Below, piece by piece: positions 26,180 to 36,487 of a stretch of DNA of 64,000 nt (positions are counted from its first letter, which is position 1; each line of letters starts with the position of its first letter). Source of the DNA: a virus; the IMG/VR virus record IMGVR_UViG_3300049846_002130, positions 1-64,000 of that record. One strand, 5' to 3'. A model generated the notes under the pieces. The model was not told the origin of the DNA, did no database searches, and saw only the letters and a program-made list of their open reading frames with translations. The position numbers were made by a program, and so were the translations under genes.

Positions 26180-26991
26180 CTAGTAGAGCACTTAGGTTGG
26201 CTGACCCAATGGCAGGTGTCATACCCTTTTCATCAAAACTTGGTATGGCAATATCTAGCGTAGCTGGCAATCAGCAGGCAGCTGGGCGCTCTGTAAGAGG
26301 GGCTATTGATGTGTTGCCAAGTCGCCCAGCAAGCCCTTCATTATTAGCCCGTGCAGGGCGAAGTGGTGCTAAGCAACCTCCGGTTCTTCCATCACAGCTA
26401 ACCCCAGCGAACTCTACAGCTTTGCCTCGTTCGTCACGACTGATGGGACGCCCTCGGCCTCAGACTCCTGCACGAATTGCCATGGGTGGGGCAGCTTTGC
26501 CTTTTTCTCCTCCCCCAATTGCTACACCGGCTCCAAGTGGTCTAGCTTATAAAAGAAACATGGGACCGCTCAATATGCCAAGACCTAGTATTGGAAAGCC
26601 AATTAGTGCAGCTGGGGTTCCTACCCTAGGTGCTAATTCTGGATTAGGATCTATCGCTTTGGCTGGGGCTCTTGGTGGAATAATTGGTGGATATTCTAGT
26701 GGTGATATGTGGGGGGCAGCTAAAGGTGCATTTGGTGGTGCTTTTTTGGGAGCGATAGCTGGTGGTGGCATTCCATATGCGTATAAGTATGGAGCAGATA
26801 TGGCTTTGTCTGTTAAGGGAGTTAGTCAGTATAGTGATAGTATTGTTCGGGTCGGACAAACTTTAAATACTGCAGATTCACGTAGAGCTTTATTTGCTGC
26901 TGGTGGTATGCTTGGTGGCGTTGCTTTTGGTGGCAGTCGTAATAGTCGGAGAGGGTTCAATAAGGATCGCGGGTCACGAATAGGGAGATAG
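26167..26991 (+). CDS. Pro-rich/Gly-rich putative virion membrane-active protein
   Basis: Pro-rich N-half, glycine-zipper C-half. Confidence 0.5.
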   Translation: MANLASRALRLADPMAGVIPFSSKLGMAISSVAGNQQAAGRSVRGAIDVLPSRPASPSLLARAGRSGAKQPPVLPSQLTPANSTALPRSSRLMGRPRPQTPARIAMGGAALPFSPPPIATPAPSGLAYKRNMGPLNMPRPSIGKPISAAGVPTLGANSGLGSIALAGALGGIIGGYSSGDMWGAAKGAFGGAFLGAIAGGGIPYAYKYGADMALSVKGVSQYSDSIVRVGQTLNTADSRRALFAAGGMLGGVAFGGSRNSRRGFNKDRGSRIGR

Positions 26992-26993
26992 AG

Positions 26994-27428
26994 ATGGGTC
27001 TTGGACTTTATAACTCAGATCAAGAATTGTTTACGGGTTCTCAAAAATTCAGACCCGTAATTGATGGCAATCTGGGTGGGACACACGAAGAAAAGATTTA
27101 TATAAGAAACGACAGTGTTACCCAGTATTTTATTGGCATTACTCTAGCGCTAATAAGTACTGCTTATGATGGTGTAGGAGAGAATGGCTATTCTGGAATA
27201 GGATTTAAGTTTATAAGTGGGGAGCGGCGCCCAACAGAGGCCGAATGGGATGAAGCCGTATCTGGAGCAACAATAACTATACCAGATATTGGTACAGTAG
27301 ATGCTGCTGACACCTATACATACTATCCTGTTTGGGTAAGAGTTTATGTTCCCGGTAATACAGACGCATCTGTAATTGAGAACTTTATTCTTAGACTCTA
27401 TTACTTTCCCAAGATAGTGGGGGCCTAG
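26994..27428 (+). CDS. Hypothetical virion protein (beta-rich)
   Basis: In-operon, 144 aa. Confidence 0.6.
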   Translation: MGLGLYNSDQELFTGSQKFRPVIDGNLGGTHEEKIYIRNDSVTQYFIGITLALISTAYDGVGENGYSGIGFKFISGERRPTEAEWDEAVSGATITIPDIGTVDAADTYTYYPVWVRVYVPGNTDASVIENFILRLYYFPKIVGA

Positions 27429-27949
27429 TGGGCACTATAGATACGGTTAAGAGAGAAAAGCTTAACTATCGTCTACTAACCAGTAACTATCCTTCTGATT
27501 TGGTCCCCCAAATTCTTGATATGCCGTCTTCTCTTGATCCCGAGGATATTGTTGCAACACCTAGCTCCAAACAAGCTTCTAGAGAAGTAGATACTAAGAT
27601 CACAAGAGGTGTTAATCCCAATGATATTCCCGTGCCCCTTACAGAGGCACAAGCAGCAGCTGCTGACTTAAGAATTAAAACTGCTCTTGCAAATATTGGT
27701 GTGGCTAGACAAAAAATAAAGGACCTAAGACTAGAATTAGATAAAAAGATTAAAGATCTTAATAATGAATCTACTTCCTTTTCTATAGATATTAAGGGCA
27801 AACCAAGATTGGTTCGTGCTATAAAGAAGCTCTGGGGAGAAAAGAAAACCGAGATTACTTTTGATATGTATAAGGAATTGCTAGAAGCAAAGCAGATTCT
27901 TGAAAAACAAGAGGTAAAGAATTTCTCTTCGGGTAAGATTAAGAGGTAG
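27428..27949 (+). CDS. Hypothetical protein
   Basis: In-operon, GTG start, coiled-coil. Confidence 0.6.
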   Translation: MGTIDTVKREKLNYRLLTSNYPSDLVPQILDMPSSLDPEDIVATPSSKQASREVDTKITRGVNPNDIPVPLTEAQAAAADLRIKTALANIGVARQKIKDLRLELDKKIKDLNNESTSFSIDIKGKPRLVRAIKKLWGEKKTEITFDMYKELLEAKQILEKQEVKNFSSGKIKR

Positions 27950-27951
27950 TT

Positions 27952-28245
27952 ATGGGATTTTTAGAACGTGGAATCAAAGGTGATGAAACCGATACCTCTG
28001 CAGATCTTGAAGAGCAGTACGAGCGACTCTTTCCGAAGATTGGCCGAGACTTCGTTTATCGTGAAGATCTTGAAGGTCTTCTAACTAAGATTATCCAAAT
28101 ACTTGATCCAACAGGTGTATTTGGTTTGTCTTTGGATGATTCTGCTGCAAAGAGTAAAGCTCATGAGTACAAAAGAGTTTTAGATAAGGGAAAAGATGGA
28201 ACTAAGATTTATAATGATCTTATTAAGCTAGATGAGGATGAATAA
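27952..28245 (+). CDS. Hypothetical protein
   Basis: In-operon, GAGG RBS. Confidence 0.6.
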   Translation: MGFLERGIKGDETDTSADLEEQYERLFPKIGRDFVYREDLEGLLTKIIQILDPTGVFGLSLDDSAAKSKAHEYKRVLDKGKDGTKIYNDLIKLDEDE

Positions 28246-29738
28246 TGTCTATTGATATAAGTGATCCCCTAGCTTATGAATACGTTTCGATGCTGGTTGG
28301 AGAGTATGAAGAATCTGCTTTAAGTGGTGGTAATCGCTCTGGTGTTATGGCTGTTATGTATGGTTCAACCTATACTCCAGAGCATGTTTTGGACGCTCAG
28401 GAAAGTTCTTTGTCTAGGGTAGATAAAACTCGTGAGTTCCTTTCTGGTAAGGGACAGGGAATTACGCTAGTTGATCAAGATGTAGACATGATGGAGCTTT
28501 TTGGTGGAGACGATACTGCATTTGCTAACTATATAGAAGAATGTTTAAACTGCAATCTTAGACTGCAGTTTGACTGGCAACTAAAGCCCTTCAATCTACT
28601 TGGACCAATAGAAGATTTCTTAAAAGATTTGCTAGCTAGTATTGACAGACTTAAAGCTAGATTAGATCCATGGAAGAATCTTGAAGAGATTTGCAATTTA
28701 TTAAATGCGCTAAAGCCATTTTGTCCACAAGATTTGATATTGCTTTTGATGTCTCTAAAGATGCTGTTAAAGAAATATCTGCTTAATGTTCTTCAGATTA
28801 AAATAGATTGGACTACATTGCTTGGCCCCTTATTAAAGGCACTGTTACAGGCCATTACAGATCTACTAGATAATCTATTTGCACTAATTGCAGCTCCAAT
28901 TGACTGTGCTCTTTCTGGCCTAAAGTTATCAAATGACCTGTATAAGCAAACACTTTCATTTATTAACGAAGTAAAGAATGCTGGCTCTCAGATAGGTGCT
29001 TCTTTTGAACAACTAAAATCAGAAGGAACAGATAGTGTTTTTAATGAAGACCTTAGTGGAATCCTCTATAAGGAAGCAGAGTGGGTGCCTCCGCATCAAG
29101 ATGCCGATCAAAACTACGAGGCATTACCTGGCCTTAAAGACCCTGAAGTAGGATATCTTGATGTCGATACTAGAGTTGATGGCAAGCCAGACTCTACTAA
29201 CAGTTTAGATATTCCTGCTGGATTTGTGTTAACCACAGATATGACTGTTCTTGATGGCCTCAAAGATCCTACTTTTATTAACAGTACACCTATTGATAAG
29301 ATAATTCTTCCAATCCAAGAAGCCCTTGCTTGGATTAAGGAGCTTTATCGTAATTTTGTTGGGGCTCTTGAGAGCCTTGCTTCTTTGTGTTCTGGAAGCA
29401 TTAGCGTCAACTTTGATAATCTTGGGGTTCTTCTATTCATTCTTGATATGATTAGCTTAATAATGATGATTATTAAGCTTTTAAAGACTAATAAGAATAT
29501 CAGTGATTGGTGTTCGCTCTTAGAAGACAATCCAGAAATACTTGAAAGTCAGCTTCGAAGTAAGTATGGTTCTAAGGTTAGTGTTACCAGTAATCCTACT
29601 GATAGTAAGGAGTTGCTTATTAGACAAGGTCCAGATATAGTTGGTGTGGTTAAAACTTGTGCGAACTCTCGCTCAAATGAAAATAGCGATCTCATTAACC
29701 AATGGATTAAACAACTTGATCAACGAGGGCTTGCGTAA
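28245..29738 (+). CDS. Helical hypothetical virion protein
   Basis: 497 aa Leu-rich with Cys motifs (ECLNC), immediately before portal. Confidence 0.6.
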   Translation: MSIDISDPLAYEYVSMLVGEYEESALSGGNRSGVMAVMYGSTYTPEHVLDAQESSLSRVDKTREFLSGKGQGITLVDQDVDMMELFGGDDTAFANYIEECLNCNLRLQFDWQLKPFNLLGPIEDFLKDLLASIDRLKARLDPWKNLEEICNLLNALKPFCPQDLILLLMSLKMLLKKYLLNVLQIKIDWTTLLGPLLKALLQAITDLLDNLFALIAAPIDCALSGLKLSNDLYKQTLSFINEVKNAGSQIGASFEQLKSEGTDSVFNEDLSGILYKEAEWVPPHQDADQNYEALPGLKDPEVGYLDVDTRVDGKPDSTNSLDIPAGFVLTTDMTVLDGLKDPTFINSTPIDKIILPIQEALAWIKELYRNFVGALESLASLCSGSISVNFDNLGVLLFILDMISLIMMIIKLLKTNKNISDWCSLLEDNPEILESQLRSKYGSKVSVTSNPTDSKELLIRQGPDIVGVVKTCANSRSNENSDLINQWIKQLDQRGLA

Positions 29739-31501
29739 TGTTAGCTGACTTATTGAATTATGTATTGGAGAAAAGAATTCCAGTTGAAGATGCTCCTACT
29801 AAAAACAGGAATAGTGTCCCAGCTGTTAAAGCAACGAGTTCATCATCCAAGCTAAAAAGAATTATTCCAAAAGTACTTACTTATGATAAGCCTAGAATGA
29901 CAGCAGATTGGATCAAGCCTGAGTATGATTTTACTGCTCTACAGGTTGCTCAGCAAGCGGACTCAATTTTACTGAGAAGTATCAAGAAAAAGATTGATCG
30001 ACTTTTAGTTGCTGGGTTTGAATTTGTAAGTACCAACAATGAGGAAGCGCTTTCATATATCAAGAGACGTATCTCCGAAATAGAGATTGTTTCCAACACT
30101 CCGTTTGAACTTCTTATTTCACAAACAGCAGAAGATTTATGTCGGCAAAAGAATGCTTTGTGGGTAAAAAGTAGAAGCCAAGATTCATCTAGTGGAAAGT
30201 CTAGAATAGATTTAGATGGTAAGACTCTTATACCTGTTGCGGCCTATACACTGGTTCCTTTTGGAACAGTAGAGTTTAAGCCTAATAAATGGGGTGGTAT
30301 TAAGAAGTTCCGGCAGGTTTTGCCAGATGGAGATACAAGAGAATATTTCCCAGCGGATGTCGTTTATTTTTATGCTGATAAGAAAGCTGGGTTTTTGGCT
30401 GGAACTCCTGATCTTTTACCAGCACTAGATGATATAGCTCTTCTTCGTCGGATTGAAGAGAATATTGAAGACCTTGTAGAAACGTCACTCTTTCCTGTTT
30501 ACCATTTTAAAATTGGTAACAATGATATGCCAGAACGAGTTAGTCCTGAAGGAAAGTTTGAATCTGAGATATTAGAGCGAAAGATTAAATATATGGATCC
30601 TGGCGGCGTGATTGTTTCTGACCACCGACTAGAGATAGAGGCCATTGGTTCTGAAGGGAAGGCTTTAAATATTGAAGCATATACAGCTTATTTCTTAGAT
30701 CGGGCGACTATTGCTGCGGGAACTACCAAGATTGACCTTGGTGTTGGTGGTGATGCTAATAAGAGTACAGCCAATACACTTTCCAAGACCACAATACTTG
30801 ATGTTGAAGCTATCCAGAGAATTCTAAAAATTTTCATTGAGTTTTATGTTATCCGAGAGCTTCTATTTGAAGGTGGGTTTAATCCACTTAATGAAGAAGA
30901 TATGGTACATATACGATTTGGGGTTATTGACAAGGATGAGCGACTAGCTTATGAAAATGCACAGGTGCAGGCTGTGACCAATAACCTTATTACTGTTAAT
31001 GAGGGTCGCAAGAATATCGGCTATGCCCCTTATGCAGAATCAGATATGGAGACTACTTATTATAAGTTATTCGAAGAGCCAGCTATTTTGGCAAAGAGTA
31101 TGGTAGCTGGTAGTGCAGCTGGCCAAGCTCTGTCTGGAATGAGTCAGTCTAATGTTACTCCTGAGCATGTTGCTTCTGAAAAGCAACATGCCATTAAGCT
31201 TGGAAAACAAAGTGCCCGATCTACGGGCCGACCGACTTCATCTAAATCTGGTGGAGCTGTAGCTAATCGTGCTAAACCAGCCAACCAGCATGGTTCTCGA
31301 CCAGCCCCAAAACTAAATCGTGATATTGGCTTGAGTATAGCTGGGGAACTTGTTAACATCTCCTTAGATTTTGAGCCTACTACTAAACAACTATTAGAGT
31401 GGGTTCAGGTTGTTGAAGATAGAGTCACTCTAATCAACAATCCAAATATTGCTGTGCAAACCATTGCAAACAACTTATTATATAGGCTTATAAATGAGTA
31501 A
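29738..31501 (+). CDS. Portal protein
   Basis: Position after TerL and before protease; GFLAGTP-like motif, ITVNEGRKNIGY C-terminal portal motif. Confidence 0.8.
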   Translation: MLADLLNYVLEKRIPVEDAPTKNRNSVPAVKATSSSSKLKRIIPKVLTYDKPRMTADWIKPEYDFTALQVAQQADSILLRSIKKKIDRLLVAGFEFVSTNNEEALSYIKRRISEIEIVSNTPFELLISQTAEDLCRQKNALWVKSRSQDSSSGKSRIDLDGKTLIPVAAYTLVPFGTVEFKPNKWGGIKKFRQVLPDGDTREYFPADVVYFYADKKAGFLAGTPDLLPALDDIALLRRIEENIEDLVETSLFPVYHFKIGNNDMPERVSPEGKFESEILERKIKYMDPGGVIVSDHRLEIEAIGSEGKALNIEAYTAYFLDRATIAAGTTKIDLGVGGDANKSTANTLSKTTILDVEAIQRILKIFIEFYVIRELLFEGGFNPLNEEDMVHIRFGVIDKDERLAYENAQVQAVTNNLITVNEGRKNIGYAPYAESDMETTYYKLFEEPAILAKSMVAGSAAGQALSGMSQSNVTPEHVASEKQHAIKLGKQSARSTGRPTSSKSGGAVANRAKPANQHGSRPAPKLNRDIGLSIAGELVNISLDFEPTTKQLLEWVQVVEDRVTLINNPNIAVQTIANNLLYRLINE

Positions 31502-33512
31502 GGTTAAAGAGTTAAATATAAAGAACTTTGTTACTGTAGATCTTCAAGATGCTAAGGAAAAGCTTGCTGGCAAAGATAAGCTCCGCCCACTTCTTGTTGA
31601 CCTAGAATTTAGTGCAAGTGGCAAGGTAATTAATCGTCGAATTTATCCTCCTGCTGGACATAAGGCTGGACTAGATAGCTGGCTTAAGCCATATCCGAAA
31701 CCAGTTTTGGTTCATCATGACTCCTCTAAAGATCCTATTGGTAGAGTTCACTCTATTAGATGGGAAGATACTGAGGATAAGGCACTTGCTTTTCTTGGTG
31801 GAGATTTGGGGGCGCTGGCAGAAATTAAGCGTGCTTTTGCAACAAATGATGCTAAAGTAATTAGCAAAACATTAAAGAGATACAATGCCTTAAGTGATAA
31901 ATGGCCAGGTCTCGGTCGGTTAGTCGGAAAGGTTAAGATCGTTGATCTTGAAGCGGTACAAAAGTTCTTAGATGAAAGATACTTAACCTTTTCTGCTGGC
32001 CAGAGTACAGATCAATGGGTATGTATGAGTTGTGGTAATGACTGGCAAGCTGGTGCTATCTGCGACCATCGCCCAGGTGAAAAAGATGAAGACGGAAACA
32101 CTGTTTTGTTCCTTTGTGGCAATATGCACGGAAAAGAAATTTCTGTAGAGCATGAACCAGCAAACGATACGAGTGTTGTTCTAAATATGGAATTTCAAGA
32201 TAATGATGGTAATGATGCGCAGATAGTATTAAATCTTACTGATGCTACAGAACCAGTAACAAAACTAGAAGTTAACTTTGAATTGGAGTCAGATATGAAT
32301 CTTAATGATCTAGCTATTCTAGAGATTAAGACTGTTATTGAGCTGCTTTCTGATGATGCTAAACTTCAAGAGTTTAAAGATGCCTTAAGTGGAGACTCTG
32401 CTTTTGAGGTATCTTGGCTTATTAAGATGCATGATGCTCTTCACAGTCAATATGATTATGAGCTTAAGTGGAGAGATCCTAAAGACCTAAGTGTCCCTGT
32501 TGGAGTATTCAAACTTCACGGACTACTACATGATCTCGCTATGGAGAAAAATTTTCGGGATGCGGTATCTAATGGTCAATTAGACTTTTATGGACCCGAT
32601 GGGACTAAGTCTGAAGAGTATCTAATTAAGATGCCTAGTGAGCAAACTGAAGATAAGTTTGACGAAGATAGTTTAGTCTCAAAGATAGTTGATCGGCTAA
32701 AATCTGAGGTGATTGGTGCGAAAGAAGAAGAAAAAGATGAAGTCGAGGTACTAGATGAGGAGTGTCCATCTGTAGAAGATGAAGATATTGATTGGGTTCT
32801 GATGGATCTTGCTCTTGATACTGAGGTTGGAGATGCAAAACTTTCCACAGAGAAAAGAAATGATTTGCCCAAGGGAAGTTTTTGTGGTCCAGATAGATCC
32901 TTTCCTGTACCAGACTGCGCTCATGTAACAGCTGCTCGTCGTTTGGTTGGCAGAGCCAAACTTACTGCTGATCAAAAGGCAAAAGTACTAGCCTGTGTTA
33001 ACAAAAAAGCAAAGAGCCTTGGGTGTGATTCTGAAGACTCTTCTGCGACTCCCGCTATTAAAGATTGCGAGTGTAAAGATTATGATAAGGTAGTTGCCGA
33101 TCATAATAATTTAAAGAATGATTATACCAAGGCACTTCAAGATATTGAGCAACTAACGGCACACTTAAATGCTTTTGGTAAGGCCCTTGCTCAAAAAGTT
33201 GAGCCATCTAAAAATATAGATGGAATAAAACTTGACGAATTGCTTGATTGGTTTAGTAATATTGTGGTATCTGACAATACTATAGAGAGTAAAGAGGAAG
33301 AAGTTCTTGAGCATCCTGCAAAAGAACTAAAGCCTCTAGACGATTCAAAACCACAAAAGAAGTCTTTGGACACTCTGGGTGGTTACGAAAAGAGAGTAGT
33401 AAGTTTCTATCGTAGAATACAACAAGACGAAAGTGCAGCAATTGCCGATAGGTATTTAGCTCAATGTCGTCAGTACCTACCAGATAATTTTAATCCAGAA
33501 GATTATGAGTAA
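31494..33512 (+). CDS. Prohead protease/scaffold with DUF6582-like insert
   Basis: PVLVHHD..PIGRV, TFSAG, CxxC..CxH, EISVEHEPAN; LSTEKRNDLP..F..PDRSFPVPDCAHV..A segment. Confidence 0.75.
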   Translation: MSKVKELNIKNFVTVDLQDAKEKLAGKDKLRPLLVDLEFSASGKVINRRIYPPAGHKAGLDSWLKPYPKPVLVHHDSSKDPIGRVHSIRWEDTEDKALAFLGGDLGALAEIKRAFATNDAKVISKTLKRYNALSDKWPGLGRLVGKVKIVDLEAVQKFLDERYLTFSAGQSTDQWVCMSCGNDWQAGAICDHRPGEKDEDGNTVLFLCGNMHGKEISVEHEPANDTSVVLNMEFQDNDGNDAQIVLNLTDATEPVTKLEVNFELESDMNLNDLAILEIKTVIELLSDDAKLQEFKDALSGDSAFEVSWLIKMHDALHSQYDYELKWRDPKDLSVPVGVFKLHGLLHDLAMEKNFRDAVSNGQLDFYGPDGTKSEEYLIKMPSEQTEDKFDEDSLVSKIVDRLKSEVIGAKEEEKDEVEVLDEECPSVEDEDIDWVLMDLALDTEVGDAKLSTEKRNDLPKGSFCGPDRSFPVPDCAHVTAARRLVGRAKLTADQKAKVLACVNKKAKSLGCDSEDSSATPAIKDCECKDYDKVVADHNNLKNDYTKALQDIEQLTAHLNAFGKALAQKVEPSKNIDGIKLDELLDWFSNIVVSDNTIESKEEEVLEHPAKELKPLDDSKPQKKSLDTLGGYEKRVVSFYRRIQQDESAAIADRYLAQCRQYLPDNFNPEDYE

Positions 33513-33524
33513 AAGGAGTAATTA

Positions 33525-34895
33525 ATGGCTCAAACTAGATATTCGGCCCAATTTAAAGTTCGGGAAGATATCCTTGATAGCATTACCCCTCTTAACATGG
33601 TCCAGGATGACGCTCAGCGTCCATCTGGACCATGGAGAGTAGCTGCATGGCTGCCAGTTCAGTTTACTAAGAGCAATACTAGTGCTGGTACTGATGCGTT
33701 TGTTATCTCGGCTTTCAAACCCGTTGCTTTTAGCACAGAGGGCCACGTTGTTCCAGCAGGTATGCGTACTGCACTTGGTGGAAATTCTTCGTCTGGCGTT
33801 TTTGCCGGTGATGTTCTGACATACACATCTGATGATGTTTCCTATGGTGTTATTGACCTTACAACTGGCGAGGCCGTAACAGCTCCCATTGCATATAGCG
33901 GTGAGGAAGTTTGTGATGCGCTAATAACTCGTGGACTTGTTCTAGAGTCTGATGCTACTGGTGCTGGTGCTACTGTTCCCGTTGCTGCAGACGCGGATGT
34001 CAACAAAGTAATCGATCTCTTTGTATCGGAAGCAATAGGGTTTGTTCTACAGGATGTTTATGTTTGGTCGGGTCGTCCAGAAGATGGTGATCAGGTCTTC
34101 TTAAACTACAGTATGCAAGATCGCATTATGTTCTACACTGAAGGTCAGTTGCGTCTTCCACAGCGTGTGGCGGGAAGTACCTCTAGCGATAGCTTTACTG
34201 TAGCTACACTAGATGGTGGTGGCTCTACTGTGTTCGCAGCTGGATCGATGATTGCAGCTGGTGAATACTGGGATGCATCAAACTTTACACAGCTAACACG
34301 TTATTCGGCGGTAGATTCTGCTGTTGATGTAGTCGCATTAGGTCTAGCACAGCGGCCAGTTGCCAAGATTACAGATCGTACACCAATGAGCTGCAATCGT
34401 TCTGGTGTGTTGGTTCGTGAACGGTCTAGCGTAACAGCGGTTACCAAAGAAGGTGACTTCTTCCTTGACGCTGAAGTTGGAGTATTGTTCCTACATCAGG
34501 ATACTTGGGATACCCTCGTTGCCCTAGGTGTTGTTGCTACAACATTTACATATAAGTACTACACTGATACTGGTCTTGCTACCGGTCAACGGTTCCCTCA
34601 CTTTGATGGTCCTTGCCGTCCTGGTGACTTCGTAACCGTAGATGCTCAGAGTAACTTTACAAAAGCGAGCAGTGCTGTAGTCAGTGCTGGTCTATCCTGT
34701 GGACGCGTTCTAGAGGTTCGTACAGAGCCATATGCAAATATGGACCTTGTTAAGAGTGCCTGGACCCAGACTGGGTTTAGCAAAACTTCTAAGATGCCCG
34801 GTTCAGCTACAAAAGGCTTTAGCGATCTCATTACTCTAAGTGATGAAGTAGTTGCTGACAAAGTAGTTGTAATTAACTTCAAGGCCCCTCACTAA
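33525..34895 (+). CDS. Head decoration / minor capsid protein
   Basis: Between protease and MCP; beta-rich with split decoration-type domain. Confidence 0.55.
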   Translation: MAQTRYSAQFKVREDILDSITPLNMVQDDAQRPSGPWRVAAWLPVQFTKSNTSAGTDAFVISAFKPVAFSTEGHVVPAGMRTALGGNSSSGVFAGDVLTYTSDDVSYGVIDLTTGEAVTAPIAYSGEEVCDALITRGLVLESDATGAGATVPVAADADVNKVIDLFVSEAIGFVLQDVYVWSGRPEDGDQVFLNYSMQDRIMFYTEGQLRLPQRVAGSTSSDSFTVATLDGGGSTVFAAGSMIAAGEYWDASNFTQLTRYSAVDSAVDVVALGLAQRPVAKITDRTPMSCNRSGVLVRERSSVTAVTKEGDFFLDAEVGVLFLHQDTWDTLVALGVVATTFTYKYYTDTGLATGQRFPHFDGPCRPGDFVTVDAQSNFTKASSAVVSAGLSCGRVLEVRTEPYANMDLVKSAWTQTGFSKTSKMPGSATKGFSDLITLSDEVVADKVVVINFKAPH

Positions 34896-34913
34896 AAAAG
34901 GAGATTCTAAAAA

Positions 34914-36224
34914 ATGTTTAATCTTAAATTAGTAGATGGCCAAGAATTTCCACTTCCTACAGATGAGAAGAAAGCTAGTAAGGCTTTAGCTCATGCTCTT
35001 TTGAATAAGGGTCGCGTTCCCGGTGCTGAGGTTTCTCTAGACTGGAAAGATTTTGCAAATAAAGTCTTTACAAGAGATACAGTTTCCGCATCGCATCTTC
35101 GCCCCCTTCTTCAGGTTTCTACCCAGGAGGCTATGAGAGAGCCGCTAGAGCCAATTCAGGTTCTAACTGGACTCTTTAATAGAGTTGCTGTTCAGGGTAT
35201 GGAAGTTCGAGTAATTCAAGGCGCTATTGGTGCAGCACTTTATGCTGATGATATTCCAGAAGCTGGTACATATCCTCAGGGCAATATTCAGGTTGGTGGC
35301 GGCATGCAGACTGCTGCTATCGGTAAGGCAGGTCTTCAGGTCTCCTTTACTGCTGAAGCTCTAAAGTACTGCACATGGGATATAATGAGCCTAAACCTTC
35401 GCTATATGAGAGATGCCCTTGTTCGTCACAAGGAGCGGAAGGCCTCTGCTATTCTTCGTGAGCTAGGAACCGAACTATTCAATAACACTTCTCCCAGCAC
35501 AAGCCTTTTTGGTACCTGTACTGGTCGTGGTTTGGATATGGCGGCTAATGGTTCTGCTACAGCTGATGATATCTTCCGTGCTGCCTCTCACATGGCAGAG
35601 GAAGGTTTCTGGCCAGATCTTTTGATCGTTCATCCTCAGACTGCATTTATGTGGCTACAAGACCCAGTTCTTCGTAACCTCTTTATGGTTGGTCAAGGTA
35701 GTGAGTGGTTTAATAGATGGCAGGGTGTTATCGGTCCAACCGATCCATGGAGCAATGGTTCTATGGGTATCTCTGGTCCTTCGCATGGTAATGCGATTAC
35801 ACCTGTTGGTGCTGTCTCTGGTGGCACTCCCAATGGTATTGCTGGTCGTGAATGGGGTATGAACTCTACTCCAACAATGCCAGGCTACTTTGGTTGGCCA
35901 ATGAGAGTAGTAGCATCTCCATTGATGCCTTACGATGTTGAAAGCGGGCTAACAGATATCTTCCTCGCTTCCAGTGGTAACATTGGTATTCTAATGCAGG
36001 AAGAGGACCCTGTTACAGCTAGCTGGACACAAGAAAGCAATGATGTTGTATACACAAAGATTATGGAGCGTTATGCATTCCATATTGGTAACGAAGGTCA
36101 GGCAGTCGGTCTAATCAAGAATGTACCTGCTCGGTCTCGTAACTACTGGGATGGTACAATTACTGCCCAGACTCTTGGTATTACTTCTGAAATTGATCAG
36201 ACAGTTGCTGTACCTGGTCTCTAA
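34914..36224 (+). CDS. Major capsid protein (HK97-type)
   Basis: 436 aa; DIPEAGTYP, KAGLQVSFTAEAL, PDLLIVHP, ERYAF; followed by strong terminator. Confidence 0.85.
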   Translation: MFNLKLVDGQEFPLPTDEKKASKALAHALLNKGRVPGAEVSLDWKDFANKVFTRDTVSASHLRPLLQVSTQEAMREPLEPIQVLTGLFNRVAVQGMEVRVIQGAIGAALYADDIPEAGTYPQGNIQVGGGMQTAAIGKAGLQVSFTAEALKYCTWDIMSLNLRYMRDALVRHKERKASAILRELGTELFNNTSPSTSLFGTCTGRGLDMAANGSATADDIFRAASHMAEEGFWPDLLIVHPQTAFMWLQDPVLRNLFMVGQGSEWFNRWQGVIGPTDPWSNGSMGISGPSHGNAITPVGAVSGGTPNGIAGREWGMNSTPTMPGYFGWPMRVVASPLMPYDVESGLTDIFLASSGNIGILMQEEDPVTASWTQESNDVVYTKIMERYAFHIGNEGQAVGLIKNVPARSRNYWDGTITAQTLGITSEIDQTVAVPGL

Positions 36225-36246
36225 GCTAAGTAAGTAAATCTTTAAG

Positions 36247-36279
36247 GGGGCCCGACTATTAAGTTGTGGCCCCCTTTTT
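36247..36279 (+). terminator. Intrinsic terminator after MCP
   Basis: GGGGCC...GGCCCC followed by TTTTTT. Confidence 0.8.
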
Positions 36280-36301
36280 GTATTATAGGTTAGGAGACAG
36301 A

Positions 36302-36487
36302 ATGAGTTGGTTCGTATTTGATGACTCGATATCTAAAGAAAATATAAATGATTTTGAATTAGAGCCAGAAGGCGGATTAATTTTTCGAGATATCAAGGTT
36401 GAGGAAGAGTTCTCTATTATCTTTTTAAAGCTTGAGGATGAACAACAAGATGGCAGCTCCGACACTACTAAGCACGTACCCAGCTGA
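36302..36487 (+). CDS. Small acidic hypothetical protein
   Basis: AGGAG RBS before MSWFVFDD. Confidence 0.45.
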   Translation: MSWFVFDDSISKENINDFELEPEGGLIFRDIKVEEEFSIIFLKLEDEQQDGSSDTTKHVPS

